Below, in pieces: positions 10,735-19,565 of a stretch of 22,234 bases of DNA. The notes under the pieces are model-generated. The model worked only from the letters and a program-made list of their open reading frames with translations. It did no database searches and was not told the DNA's origin. Where the stretch lies: the IMG/VR virus record IMGVR_UViG_2718218227_000001, one strand, 5' to 3'. The stretch comes from a virus (Duplodnaviria > Heunggongvirae > Uroviricota > Caudoviricetes). How positions within the stretch are numbered: position 1 is the first letter of the stretch; every line of letters starts with the position of its first letter. The position numbers were made by a program, and so were the translations under genes.

Positions 10735-10763
10735 TTGACTTTTTGAATAACTTTGGGGAAACT
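10735..10763 (+). promoter_or_regulatory. pR'-like late promoter with Q-utilisation region
   Basis: TTGACT(10735-10740), a 17-bp spacer TTTTGAATAACTTTGGG, then GAAACT(10758-10763). This closely parallels lambda pR' as I remember it (TTGACT-TATTGAATAAAATTGGG-TAAATT). It lies 43 bp downstream of the Q stop. Confidence 0.45.
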
Positions 10764-10929
10764 TGACACCAATAATGGGCGTTTTTTACATGTCATTGAT
10801 GAGTCTCAATAACCTGCCGCCGAGTAGTTTTTATGCTCTGAATTGTATTTGTGTAGTAAACATGCTGACTGCAATGTAATAGAGTTTTTTTAGCCTGTAA
10901 CCTCTTGACGGCATTGAATTGCTTTTGTT

Positions 10930-11688
10930 ATGAGTTGTAAGCCAATGTTATCATCTTGTATTGGGGTGGTTATGAAGGATGGTGCGCTGCTCAGGAGTTC
11001 TTCACTTTTTATTGCCTACATGGGATGCCTTGGATGGGGGAGTGCTTATTTCTATGGATGGGGTACTTCTTTTTACTACGGCTTCCCATGGTGGATTGTA
11101 GGTGCAGGTGTTGATGATGTTGCCAGAAGTTTATTTTTTGCAGTTATCGTCATTGCTATATTTCTTATCGGTTGGGGTATTGGTGTTGTATTCTTTTTCG
11201 CAGTGAAAAGAAAACATTCTATGCAAGAGCTAAATGTATTTCGCCTTTATTTTGCTGTGGAATTATTGTTTGTGCCGGCAATTATTGAGTTTTCTATATT
11301 GAGACAGAAGATTCAGGTACCTCTTTTGCTACTGTCAGCAGCGATTGCGCTGGCGGTCACAATTTCGATAAGATCTTATGGGCGATTTTTATCGGTATCA
11401 TGCTTCTATGATAAGCCATTTATAAAAAAACATTTTTTTGAGATTGTGATGATTGCTTTTGTGGCATATTTCTGGCTTTTTTCATTTCTGACAGGATATT
11501 ACAAACCGCAGTTTAAGAAAGAATATGAAATGATTAATTATAATGATGGTTGGTATTATGTTCTTGCTCGTTATGATAATTGTCTGGTTTTGTCTACTTC
11601 TTTCAATGCAGGTAGTAAAAGGTTTGTGATTTATCAATCAGCACAAGATAAGAATCTTCAGGTTGATATTGTAAGGACCAGAATTTAA
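10930..11688 (+). CDS. AT-rich multi-pass membrane protein of unknown function in the Q-to-lysis (stx-equivalent) slot; start uncertain
   Basis: 252-aa ORF with several hydrophobic segments (WWIVGAGV..., FFAVIVIAIFLIGWGIGVVFFFAV, VPLLLLSAAIALAVTI, IVMIAFVAYFWLFSFL) and a roughly 70-aa hydrophilic C-terminus. Alternative start at 10972. Composition is much more AT-rich than the flanking Q and esterase genes. Confidence 0.5.
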   Translation: MSCKPMLSSCIGVVMKDGALLRSSSLFIAYMGCLGWGSAYFYGWGTSFYYGFPWWIVGAGVDDVARSLFFAVIVIAIFLIGWGIGVVFFFAVKRKHSMQELNVFRLYFAVELLFVPAIIEFSILRQKIQVPLLLLSAAIALAVTISIRSYGRFLSVSCFYDKPFIKKHFFEIVMIAFVAYFWLFSFLTGYYKPQFKKEYEMINYNDGWYYVLARYDNCLVLSTSFNAGSKRFVIYQSAQDKNLQVDIVRTRI

Positions 11689-12108
11689 TTGGCTGCATAA
11701 ATAATATTTTAAGTTGCAAGTTGGCTATTCGTAGGAATAGAACCTTAGGCATGCTGAATGCGTTTTCTGAACATTGTTTTATAAACTGTGTCTGCTTGCT
11801 GTTGTGATCCTGCTTTTAGTGATGGTGATGATGGATTTCACCAGCAGGATAATGTTGGTACTGACTGATGGCGCTCTGGTCTGCGGCATTGTGGTATTGC
11901 TGTGGCCGGTGATAAAAAGAAACAGCCTGCATAATGCTTGATTTTTTTGTTTACTGTTTATTAAAAATACTACTGCATGGTGAATCCCCCTGTGCGGAGG
12001 GGCAATCAGCAACCAGGTATATGTGATAATCGCGGATTCAGGTGCTGATACTGAATTCACCGGGAGGCACCCGGCACCATGCAAGAAAAAGAATGTGCAT
12101 GCAAACAT

Positions 12109-12135
12109 GCCCCTCTCCGGAGGGGCATTTTTTAT
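12109..12135 (+). terminator. Intrinsic terminator (GC hairpin plus T-run)
   Basis: GCCCCTCTCCGGAGGGGC hairpin followed by ATTTTTTAT. It is immediately followed by a second hairpin (GCCCGAATGGGTTCGGGC, 12147-12164) preceded by an A-run, which would terminate the opposite strand. Confidence 0.5.
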
Positions 12136-12348
12136 GGGTAAAAAATGCCCGAATGGGTTCGGGCAATAGCATGAGATACTGATATTGTTGTGTTGTTATC
12201 GTGTGGATTTTAACCAGGGTTTATCAGGCTGCGCAACTGCGTGGCCTTTTTTCATTTCTTGGGCTGTAGTCCCCGTGTGTCATTCAGGCTTCCGGACTAC
12301 AGCCCACTCCATATCTGATTTAATACACTATCCCGGCCGGGAGGAATA

Positions 12349-14201
12349 ATGACATTTAAACATTATGATGTTGTCAGGGCGGCGTCGCCGTCAGACCTTG
12401 CGGAAAAGCTGACACACAAACTGAAAGAGGGCTGGCAGCCGTTTGGTAGTCCGGTGGCCATAACCCCTTATACCCTGATGCAGGTGATTACAGCAGAAGG
12501 TGATGTGGTGGTCAGTGGTGCAACTGAGCCGGATTGGTACTACGTCATCGTACTGGCCGGGCAGTCCAATGCCATGGCTTACGGTGAAGGGCTTCCGCTG
12601 CCGGATTCATACGATGCTCCGGTCCGCGCATTAAACAGCTGGCGCGCCGCAGTACAGTTACGCCGGGTGGGGCTGCCTGCAGATATAACGATATTATTCC
12701 GGCCGACCACTGCCTGCATGATGTGCAGGATATGAGTACGCTGAATCATCCGAAGGCAGACCTGAGCAAAGGGCAGTACGGCTGTGTCGGCCAGGGCTTA
12801 CATATTGCCAAAAAACTGCTTCCGTATATCCCGAATAACGCGGGGATCCTGCTGGTACCATGCTGTCGTGGTGGTTCGGCATTCACCCAGGGCGCGGAGG
12901 GGACATTCAGTGCGGACGCGGGGGCCAGCCAGGATTCGGCGCGCTGGGGTGTGGGTAAACCGTTATATCAGGACCTGATTGCGCGCACTAAAGCTGCATT
13001 ACAGAAGAACCCGAAAAATGTGTTGCTGGCGGTGTGCTGGATGCAGGGAGAGTTTGACATGGGCGCCGCCACCCACGCACAGCAACCTGCGCTGTTTACA
13101 GCCATGCTGGCACAGTTTCGTGCTGACCTCTCCGTGTTTAACGCGCAGTGCCATGGTGGCAGTGCTGCAGATGTGCCGTGGATTTGTGGTGACACGACGT
13201 ATTACTGGAAAAATACCTACGGCACCCAGTACAACACCATTTACGGGGCGTACAAAAACAGGGAGAGTGAGGGCGTTTATTTTGTGCCCTTCATGACAGA
13301 CGGTAACGGCGTCAATACCGCCACTAACGCGCCGGCAGAAGATCCGGATATTCCGGCATCAGGATATTACGGTGCGGCATCGAGAACGAATGGAAACCAG
13401 GTATCATCAAACCGCCCGACACATTTCAGTTCATGGGCGCGCAGGAGCATTATTCCGGATCGTATGGCAACCGCTATTCTGAACGCAGCCGGGCGCACCT
13501 CAGCCTTCATCAGTGGTAAGGCACCGGAAATCAAACCCTCGCCCGGCGGCAACACGCCATCGGGTCCGTCTGCAGATACGTCCGTTCGCACAATCTCCCT
13601 GCTGCCGGCAGCCGGAGAGGCTGCTGCGCAGGGCTGGAGCATTAAGGATGGCGGAATTCAGTTGTCAGATGGTGTATTTAAGATCACCAGGCAGAGCAAT
13701 AAAACCTGGTCCCTGACGCATCCGGTGGATGACGCAATTACCCTGCTGACACAGGGCGGCAGACTGACCTGTAAGTTCCGCCTGTCAGGCGCACTGACCA
13801 ACAATCAGTTCGGGCTGGGGATTTATCTGTATACGGATGCTCCCGTTCCTGATGGTGTGGCGATGACGGGTACCGGTAATCCGTTCCTGATGTCGTACTT
13901 CACTCAGACCACTGACGGCAGAGTGAATCTGATGCATCACAGGAAAGCCGGAAACACGAAGCTGGGGGAGTTCGGCGATTACGGTAACGACTGGCAGACG
14001 CTGGAGCTGGTGTTCACCGCCGGCAGTGCCACGGTTACTCCGAAACTGAATGGAGTGGCTGGCCCGGCATTCCAGGTTATAAAAGACAGTATGACACTGG
14101 GACTGAATGCGCTGACGCTGACGGATGTTACAAAAAATGCAGCGTATGGCGTTGAGATAGAAAGTCTGGTGCTGGAGATAAATGCACCGGCATCATCATA
14201 A
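12349..14201 (+). pseudogene. nanS-p: Prophage sialate O-acetylesterase (NanS-p type, DUF1737 plus SGNH esterase), split by a frameshift
   Basis: ORF 12349..12735 encodes the DUF1737-like N-terminus and the start of the esterase domain (VIVLAGQSNAMAYGEG). The rest continues in another frame (ORF 12723..14201); that frame is open back to 12588 and reads ...PRIKQLARRSTVTPGGAACRYNDIIPADHCLHDVQDMS upstream of 12723. This is consistent with a 1-nt deletion near 12619-12624. Confidence 0.65.
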
Positions 14202-14350
14202 AAAGTGAGCCAGTCAAATGGAAGGTATCGTTAAACTCACCGGTAGTGTCAGTGGGTCGTCTGAGACGCCTGCATGAGTTATCAGAGCCATCAGTAGTTA
14301 ACTGGTGGCTTTTTTATTGTTGTCAGCTTCCGGATAACGGGAGACGGGGT

Positions 14351-14566
14351 ATGTACCAGATGGAAAAAATCACAACGGGTGTGTCATACACCACGTCAGC
14401 GGTGGGGACGGGATACTGGTTACTGCAGCTGCTGGACAAAGTCTCTCCGTCCCAGTGGGTGGCGATAGGCGTGCTGGGGAGTCTGCTGTTTGGGCTGCTG
14501 ACATATCTGACGAACCTGTATTTCAAGATTAAAGAAGACCGGCGTAAGGCGGCGCGGGGAGAGTAA
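14351..14566 (+). CDS. S: Holin, class II pinholin (S21-like), dual-start motif
   Basis: 71 aa, [10 protein letters not shown]... with Met1/Met4 dual start, two transmembrane segments and a charged C-terminus ([13 protein letters not shown]); GGGAGACGGGG upstream of the ATG. Confidence 0.8.
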   Translation: MYQMEKITTGVSYTTSAVGTGYWLLQLLDKVSPSQWVAIGVLGSLLFGLLTYLTNLYFKIKEDRRKAARGE

Positions 14567-14570
14567 AGTG

Positions 14571-14915
14571 ATGAAGAAAAAATACGAACTGGTTGTTAAA
14601 GGGATAAATAATTACCCGGATAAGATTACTGTTACTGTGGCACTGGAAATTGGTGGGTATCCGTCACTGTTGTTGCCAGATGTGGCGATTAGTCTTGACC
14701 GTACTGAAGGTGCCACGCTGGAGTTTTACGAAGCTGAGGCGAAAAAGCAGGCGAAGCAGTTTTTCATGGATGTTGCTGCCGGGTTATGTGAAGGGGATGG
14801 TCCGTTACCGGAAAAGCGTCCCGTAATTTTAGAGGCGCAGGATGTGTTGATAACCTACAGAGGAAAACTACCGGGAATAATTACGGGTTCTCTGAAGACT
14901 CCACCGCTGGCCTGA
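14571..14915 (+). CDS. Hypothetical protein inserted between holin and endolysin
   Basis: 115-aa ORF starting 4 nt after the holin stop (in-frame GTG at 14568, ATG at 14571). No recognisable motif. Confidence 0.45.
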   Translation: MKKKYELVVKGINNYPDKITVTVALEIGGYPSLLLPDVAISLDRTEGATLEFYEAEAKKQAKQFFMDVAAGLCEGDGPLPEKRPVILEAQDVLITYRGKLPGIITGSLKTPPLA

Positions 14916-14965
14916 AGACTTAACATATCCAGGGATTTGAAATCGATAAACCCTGATAAATATCC

Positions 14966-15196
14966 ATGAACGCAAAAATCAGATACGGCCTGTCGGCTGC
15001 CGTTCTGGCGCTGATTGGTGCAGGGGCGTCTGCGCCTGAAATCCTCGACCAGTTTCTGGATGAAAAGGAAGGTAACCACACCACAGCATACCGTGATGGT
15101 GCGGGTATCTGGACCATCTGCCGTGGAGCCACCCGGGTGGATGGTAAGCCTGTGATTCCTGGCATGAAGCTGTCGAAGGGTAAGCGTACAGCCTGA
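14966..15196 (+). pseudogene. R: SAR endolysin (T4-lysozyme-like), truncated by IS66-family insertion
   Basis: N-terminal signal-anchor-release-type segment (YGLSAAVLALIGAGASA) and catalytic E-8aa-D-5aa-T triad (EGNHTTAYRDGAGIWT). The reading frame runs into IS-derived sequence at about 15180 and stops at 15196 after about 70 native codons. Confidence 0.65.
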
Positions 15197-15271
15197 ACCG
15201 TCTGGTCAGAATCTGACGAATTAGACAAAGTGGTGTCCACCAAATAAGTAGTGGGAACCAAAGTATCAGAT

Positions 15272-15652
15272 ATGCAGAAAAATGTGACTCCCGGCAGGCG
15301 AAAAGGCTGCCCTAATTATCCTCCCGAATTTAAACAGCAGCTCGTTGCTGCCTCCTGTGAACCCGGGATATCCATCTCAAAACTTGCTCTTGAAAATGGC
15401 ATTAACGCCAATCTGTTGTTCAAATGGCGACAACAATGGCGCGAGGGAAAGCTGCTATTACCTTCTTCAGAGAGCCCCCAGCTACTTCCTGTGACTCTCG
15501 ATGCAGCTGCCGAACAGCCAGAATCGCTCGCAGAGGACCCGGAAACCCTCAGTATCAGCTGTGAGGTAACGTTCCGGCACGGGACGCTCCGCTTCAATGG
15601 CAATGTCAGCGAAAAGCTCCTGACTCTGCTGATACAGGAACTGAAGCGATGA
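15272..15652 (+). CDS. IS66-family accessory protein (orfA, HTH)
   Basis: ATG at 15272; HTH-like segment PEFKQQLVAASCEPGISISKLALENGINANLLFKWRQQW; ATGA overlap with orfB at 15649-15652. Confidence 0.65.
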   Translation: MQKNVTPGRRKGCPNYPPEFKQQLVAASCEPGISISKLALENGINANLLFKWRQQWREGKLLLPSSESPQLLPVTLDAAAEQPESLAEDPETLSISCEVTFRHGTLRFNGNVSEKLLTLLIQELKR

Positions 15653-15996
15653 TCCCGTTACCTTCCGGGACCAAAATTTGGCTGGTTGCCGGTATCACCG
15701 ATATGAGAAATGGCTTCAACGGCCTGGCTGCGAAAGTACAAACGGCGCTGAAAGACGATCCCATGTCCGGCCATGTTTTCATTTTCCGGGGCCGCAGCGG
15801 CAGTCAGGTTAAACTGCTGTGGTCCACCGGTGACGGACTGTGCCTCCTGACCAAACGGCTGGAGCGTGGGCGCTTCGCCTGGCCGTCAGCCCGTGATGGC
15901 AAAGTGTTCCTTACGCAGGCGCAGCTGGCGATGCTGCTGGAAGGTATCGACTGGCGACAGCCTAAGCGGCTGCTGACCTCCCTGACCATGCTGTAA
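15649..15996 (+). CDS. tnpB: IS66-family accessory protein TnpB (orfB)
   Basis: 115-aa protein MIPLPSGTKIWLVAGITDMRNGFNGLAAKV..., recognised from memory as the conserved IS66 Orf2 family. Confidence 0.75.
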   Translation: MIPLPSGTKIWLVAGITDMRNGFNGLAAKVQTALKDDPMSGHVFIFRGRSGSQVKLLWSTGDGLCLLTKRLERGRFAWPSARDGKVFLTQAQLAMLLEGIDWRQPKRLLTSLTML

Positions 15997-16045
15997 ATCT
16001 CTTTATCCTGGTTGTCACAGAATAAGCCCGGTAAAATACGGGCTT

Positions 16046-16612
16046 ATGAACGACATCTCTTCTGACGACATCTTCCTGCTGAAACAGCGCCTGGCCGAAC
16101 AGGAAGCGCTGATCCACGCCCTGCAGGAAAAGCTGAGCAACCGGGAGCGCGAAATAGACCATCTGCAGGCGCAGCTGGATAAACTCCGCCGGATGAACTT
16201 CGGCAGTCGTTCCGAAAAAGTCTCCCGCCGTATCGCACAAATGGAAGCCGATCTGAACCGGCTTCAGAAAGAGAGCGATACGCTGACTGGTAGGGTGTAT
16301 GACCCGGCAGTACAGCGTCCGTTGCGTCAGACCCGCACCCGTAAGCCGTTCCCTGAATCACTACCCCGTGACGAAAAGCGACTGTTGCCTGCGGCGCCGT
16401 GCTGCCCGAACTGCGGCGGTTCACTGAGCTATCTGGGCGAGGATACCGCCGATGGCGCACTCATCACCGGACTGACCTTTCTTGCCCCCAAAGATGCCAC
16501 ACGGGTTCAGGGTTTTTTTCAGCATTTGCAGGTCAGGTTTGGTGACGGGCCGTGGCAGGATGTTAAGGGGCTGGATGAAGTGGGCAGTGATACAGGCAGA
16601 ACAGGAGAATGA
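16046..16612 (+). pseudogene. IS66-family transposase TnpC, truncated after about 135 codons and fused in frame to unrelated sequence
   Basis: N-terminal leucine-zipper-like region and CxxC zinc finger match IS66 TnpC; after GEDTA the frame continues into unrelated sequence (DGALITGLTFLAPKDATRVQGFF...) for 53 codons. Confidence 0.65.
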
Positions 16613-16613
16613 C

Positions 16614-16883
16614 ATGAATATACTAAAAAAACTTATGCAGCGTCTGTGCGGTTGCGGAAAGCATGATGACCGTGAACACGGGGAGTTACTTACAGCACAG
16701 CTGCGACTGGGGCCGGCAGACATCCTGGAGTCAGATGAGAATGGCATTATCCCGGAGCAGGCCAGGGTAATCACGCAGGTGGTGATACTGGATGCGGATA
16801 AAAAGCAGATACAGTGCGTGGTAAGACCGCTGCAAATCCTGCGTGCTGACGGGACGTGGGAAAATATTGGCGGGATGAAGTAA
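16614..16883 (+). CDS. Small hypothetical protein (89 aa)
   Basis: ATG at 16614 with AGGAGA upstream; contains a CGCGKHDD motif; followed by an intrinsic terminator. No family recognised. Confidence 0.4.
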   Translation: MNILKKLMQRLCGCGKHDDREHGELLTAQLRLGPADILESDENGIIPEQARVITQVVILDADKKQIQCVVRPLQILRADGTWENIGGMK

Positions 16884-16896
16884 CCCGACAGCTTCA

Positions 16897-16925
16897 CAAA
16901 ACCGGAGTCCGGCTCCGGTTTTTGT
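16897..16925 (+). terminator. Intrinsic terminator
   Basis: Stem ACCGGAG(16901-16907) / CTCCGGT(16913-16919), 5-nt loop, followed by a T-run. Confidence 0.55.
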
Positions 16926-16986
16926 TGTCATGTACGGTGGATGTTTGTTATGACTCCCTGTGTTTGGAATGAATATTTAATAACAG

Positions 16987-17466
16987 GTGTCTGGAAATAT
17001 AGGGGCAAATCTACTGGATAGGCTATTGGGGCGTGAGAATCGAATGGAGAGAAGGGCTGTGGCTCTGGAAAGGCAATTAAATGGAGGTGTCGATTTTTTA
17101 AGGAGTGTTAATAACTATTTTCAGAGTGTCATGGCAGAACACAGAGAAAATAAAACAAGTAATAAAATATTAATGGAAAAAATAAATTCCTGTGTATTTG
17201 GAACGGATTCTAATCACTTTTCTTGCCCGGAGTCATTTTTGACATGCCCGATAACGCTGGACACACCTGCGAATGGAGTGTTCATGAGAAACTCACAAGG
17301 TGCTGAGATATGCTCTCTATATGATAAGGACACGTTAGTGCAACTTGTTGAAACTGGTGGAGCTCATCCTCTGAGTCGAGAACCTATAACAGAATCAATG
17401 ATTATGAGAAAAGACGAATGTCACTTTGATTCAAAAAAAGAATCCTTTGTTGCAAGTGATGCTTAA
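16987..17466 (+). CDS. nleG: NleG-family type III effector (U-box E3 ligase), short form lacking the usual N-terminal region
   Basis: C-terminal U-box region (FSCPESFLTCPITLDTPANGVFMRNSQGAEICSLYDKDTLVQLVETGGAHPLSREP) is conserved with the full-length nleG at 18733..19383. The ORF is only 159 aa and in-frame stops lie immediately upstream. Confidence 0.65.
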   Translation: MSGNIGANLLDRLLGRENRMERRAVALERQLNGGVDFLRSVNNYFQSVMAEHRENKTSNKILMEKINSCVFGTDSNHFSCPESFLTCPITLDTPANGVFMRNSQGAEICSLYDKDTLVQLVETGGAHPLSREPITESMIMRKDECHFDSKKESFVASDA

Positions 17467-17595
17467 TTTTTTTTGTTGGTGTGTTTTTATATTAATAGTT
17501 TATTATAATAGTGCCATGTAAGGATATATTGTCTGAACAATTATTCAGACAATATTTTTTTCTTGCTTTATATGAAATATATAATATTTGGATCC

Positions 17596-18654
17596 TTAAT
17601 TTCTAACCAAGGGGTCCCATGTTTTTATGTTATGATGCAGCCCATAATTTCGGGGGCTACATGCAAGAATATCTTTTTCTTCGGCGCCTGATTTGCGTAA
17701 AAACGTGGCTGCGCCAGAAGAACAATTACCTTGTGTTTCTGTGAATGGCGGTAACATTTTGTAAGTCGGTATGTTGTTGAGCATTGTTTTTATATTGTCA
17801 GCTGGAATTGATTTTTCTTCATGTAGTGGTGTCGGGATAAGCGTTCCATTTCTCTGAAGTACTTCATCTGAATACAATCGATGTAGCAACAAACTCTGTT
17901 TTGTCTCTATTAATGAGATTGAGCTGATATTGGGTAAGTAACGAATTGATAACTGACTGAGTTTTATTACATTCCCTGAATAAAGATACTCACCTAACTC
18001 TGAAAATTTCCTTCCTGTTATCTTATCTGTATCATCAGAACTAATATTTTCGAACATTCTTACGTCTCGCTCTCCTAAGTTTGGTTTTGCATTATCTTTT
18101 CCATTGTTTTTATATATCCACATCTCTTTTTTTTCTGAAGGAATCAAATATGTAAGTGATTTTACTTCATCTGCAATTTGTTCTTGTTGGATATTGGTAT
18201 TGGCCTTTAACCTGGTTTCATTATACCTTTTATAAAAATCTTCAATGCATGTGAATTTTTGCCCTTGTAGTTTTATAACCGTTTCTTTTACATCGATTGG
18301 AAATTTATTTTGATTTCGCACATTATTTAACTTTTTTAAAAATAAAGAGTCAATGTCTATTCGGGAGCGTTTATCATCACTGTTTATGGCATAGTATTGG
18401 GCTCCGCTCCTGCTTCCCATTCCTGGGGTCCCTGCAATAATAAATGAGTGACTTCTTGTATGTCTGCCATTGAGTAGAGCAAGGGGAGTTTTAGCTGTAG
18501 CCAACCATACAGGAACGGATTTTAAAGATATACCATATTCTTTATGAACAATTCTTCTGGAGACGGGGTTCGTCATTGTTGTTTCATTTGAAAGTTGTTG
18601 ATGTTCACTGAACAGATGGTAACATGATGATACAACTGATGATATTTTGGGCAT
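17596..18654 (-). CDS. espW: Type III secreted effector, EspW-like (352 aa)
   Basis: 352-aa AT-rich ORF flanked by nleG and espM genes. The espW call rests on size and on my recollection that an espM2 - nleG - espW - nleG block sits next to ssrA in O157-type genomes; it is not a motif-level identification. Confidence 0.5.
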   Translation of the reverse strand: MPKISSVVSSCYHLFSEHQQLSNETTMTNPVSRRIVHKEYGISLKSVPVWLATAKTPLALLNGRHTRSHSFIIAGTPGMGSRSGAQYYAINSDDKRSRIDIDSLFLKKLNNVRNQNKFPIDVKETVIKLQGQKFTCIEDFYKRYNETRLKANTNIQQEQIADEVKSLTYLIPSEKKEMWIYKNNGKDNAKPNLGERDVRMFENISSDDTDKITGRKFSELGEYLYSGNVIKLSQLSIRYLPNISSISLIETKQSLLLHRLYSDEVLQRNGTLIPTPLHEEKSIPADNIKTMLNNIPTYKMLPPFTETQGNCSSGAATFLRKSGAEEKDILACSPRNYGLHHNIKTWDPLVRN

Positions 18655-18732
18655 AAATAGTCTCCTCGCTATATGTTTGTTATATGGTGATTAACTTATT
18701 GAAAATATGCTTCTTATATTGTGCTTTTATTT

Positions 18733-19383
18733 TTAAATACTGTTTTGTTGAAGTGGGTATATGGGTAATGCGTAAAAACATTGTTTTGTTATATTAAAAT
18801 GACACTTGTCTTTGCTTATAATCATTTCTGGAGCAAAGGGGTCACGGCTGAGGGGGTGGAGAGCGTTACGCAGGATAAGTTCAGTCAATGCTTCCTGATC
18901 ATATAATGCACATATTTCTGAATTTCGAGCATTTCTGACAAAAACACCTGTCTCAGGAATATGTAGCGTTATCGGACAATTAAGATGTTCCTCAGTACAG
19001 GAAAAGTCTTGTAAACTAACGGGAAATGCATTCGAATTTATTCGATCTAGTAGTGTTTTTATGACGCTCTCCTGCACAAGCGGGGCAGCTTGCCTCTGCT
19101 CCAGATATAAGCTGTATGCCTGCAGAAAAGTGTTACCTCCGTTAAGTTGTCTTGTCAGGCGGTCTGCGAGATGATGAGCCTCTCTTGCCCCAAGATGGTC
19201 CCAAAGTCCACCAAGAATAGGCTCAACACTAAAACCATCCATAAACTGGATATAATGAAGCCTCATATTACGGCCTCCTATAGTAATAGTGTCATTCTGG
19301 TTGCTTCTTGCTATATGTCGTAAAGCCTCCAGCTCATTTTCCGGCAATACACTTCCATTAGAAAAATTTAATATGACTGGCAT
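18733..19383 (-). CDS. nleG: NleG-family type III effector (U-box E3 ubiquitin ligase), full length
   Basis: 216 aa with the conserved C-terminal U-box core (FSCTEEHLNCPITLHIPETGVFVRNARNSEICALYDQEALTELILRNALHPLSRDP). Confidence 0.8.
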   Translation of the reverse strand: MPVILNFSNGSVLPENELEALRHIARSNQNDTITIGGRNMRLHYIQFMDGFSVEPILGGLWDHLGAREAHHLADRLTRQLNGGNTFLQAYSLYLEQRQAAPLVQESVIKTLLDRINSNAFPVSLQDFSCTEEHLNCPITLHIPETGVFVRNARNSEICALYDQEALTELILRNALHPLSRDPFAPEMIISKDKCHFNITKQCFYALPIYPLQQNSI

Positions 19384-19565
19384 ATTATTATCCTTTTTAA
19401 TCCATATTGTGAACTATATTGGTAACAAGAATCAACATGCCGCTCATGATATGTGAATAAAACAATACAATTTTTAATAGAATATTATTGCATGCATGTT
19501 TTTTCTGGCTACAATAAACGCAAGTATGCAATATTGTAAACACTTTTTTATAAAAAGGAATTATA

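Larger units (their letters stand above)
15180..16450 (+). mobile_element. IS66-family element fragment (orfA, orfB, 5' quarter of tnpC); right part deleted
   Basis: Begins GTAAGCG... at about 15180 inside the endolysin gene. Encodes three consecutive overlapping ORFs typical of the IS66 family. TnpC homology ends after ...CPNCGGSLSYLGEDTA at about 16450. Confidence 0.7.

Noticed and set aside
11779-12108. Minus-strand ORF 11779..12108
   Set aside because: Runs through an intergenic region with terminator-like hairpins; no ribosome-binding site or motif.
10693-12348. Possible stx genes or the tRNA trio (ileZ-argN-argO type) found between Q and the lysis genes in Stx phages
   Set aside because: No Stx-like ORFs; I found no convincing tRNA cloverleaf or T-loop by eye. 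A tRNA scan would be needed to be certain.
12694-13716. Overlapping ORFs inside the esterase gene (12694..12882, 12784..12978, 12968..13195, 12979..13296, 13367..13642, 13513..13716)
   Set aside because: Alternative-frame ORFs in a GC-rich coding region, Arg/Pro/Ala-rich, nested in a gene with clear esterase sequence.
14855-16931. Minus-strand ORFs 14855..15079, 14920..15261, 15316..15603, 15804..15989, 15962..16240, 16044..16460, 16421..16897 and 16731..16931; also plus-strand 14246-start extension of the holin and ORF 16482-start extension
   Set aside because: Antisense or extended frames across the endolysin and IS66-family genes and the small ORF; the sense strand carries recognisable proteins with proper starts.
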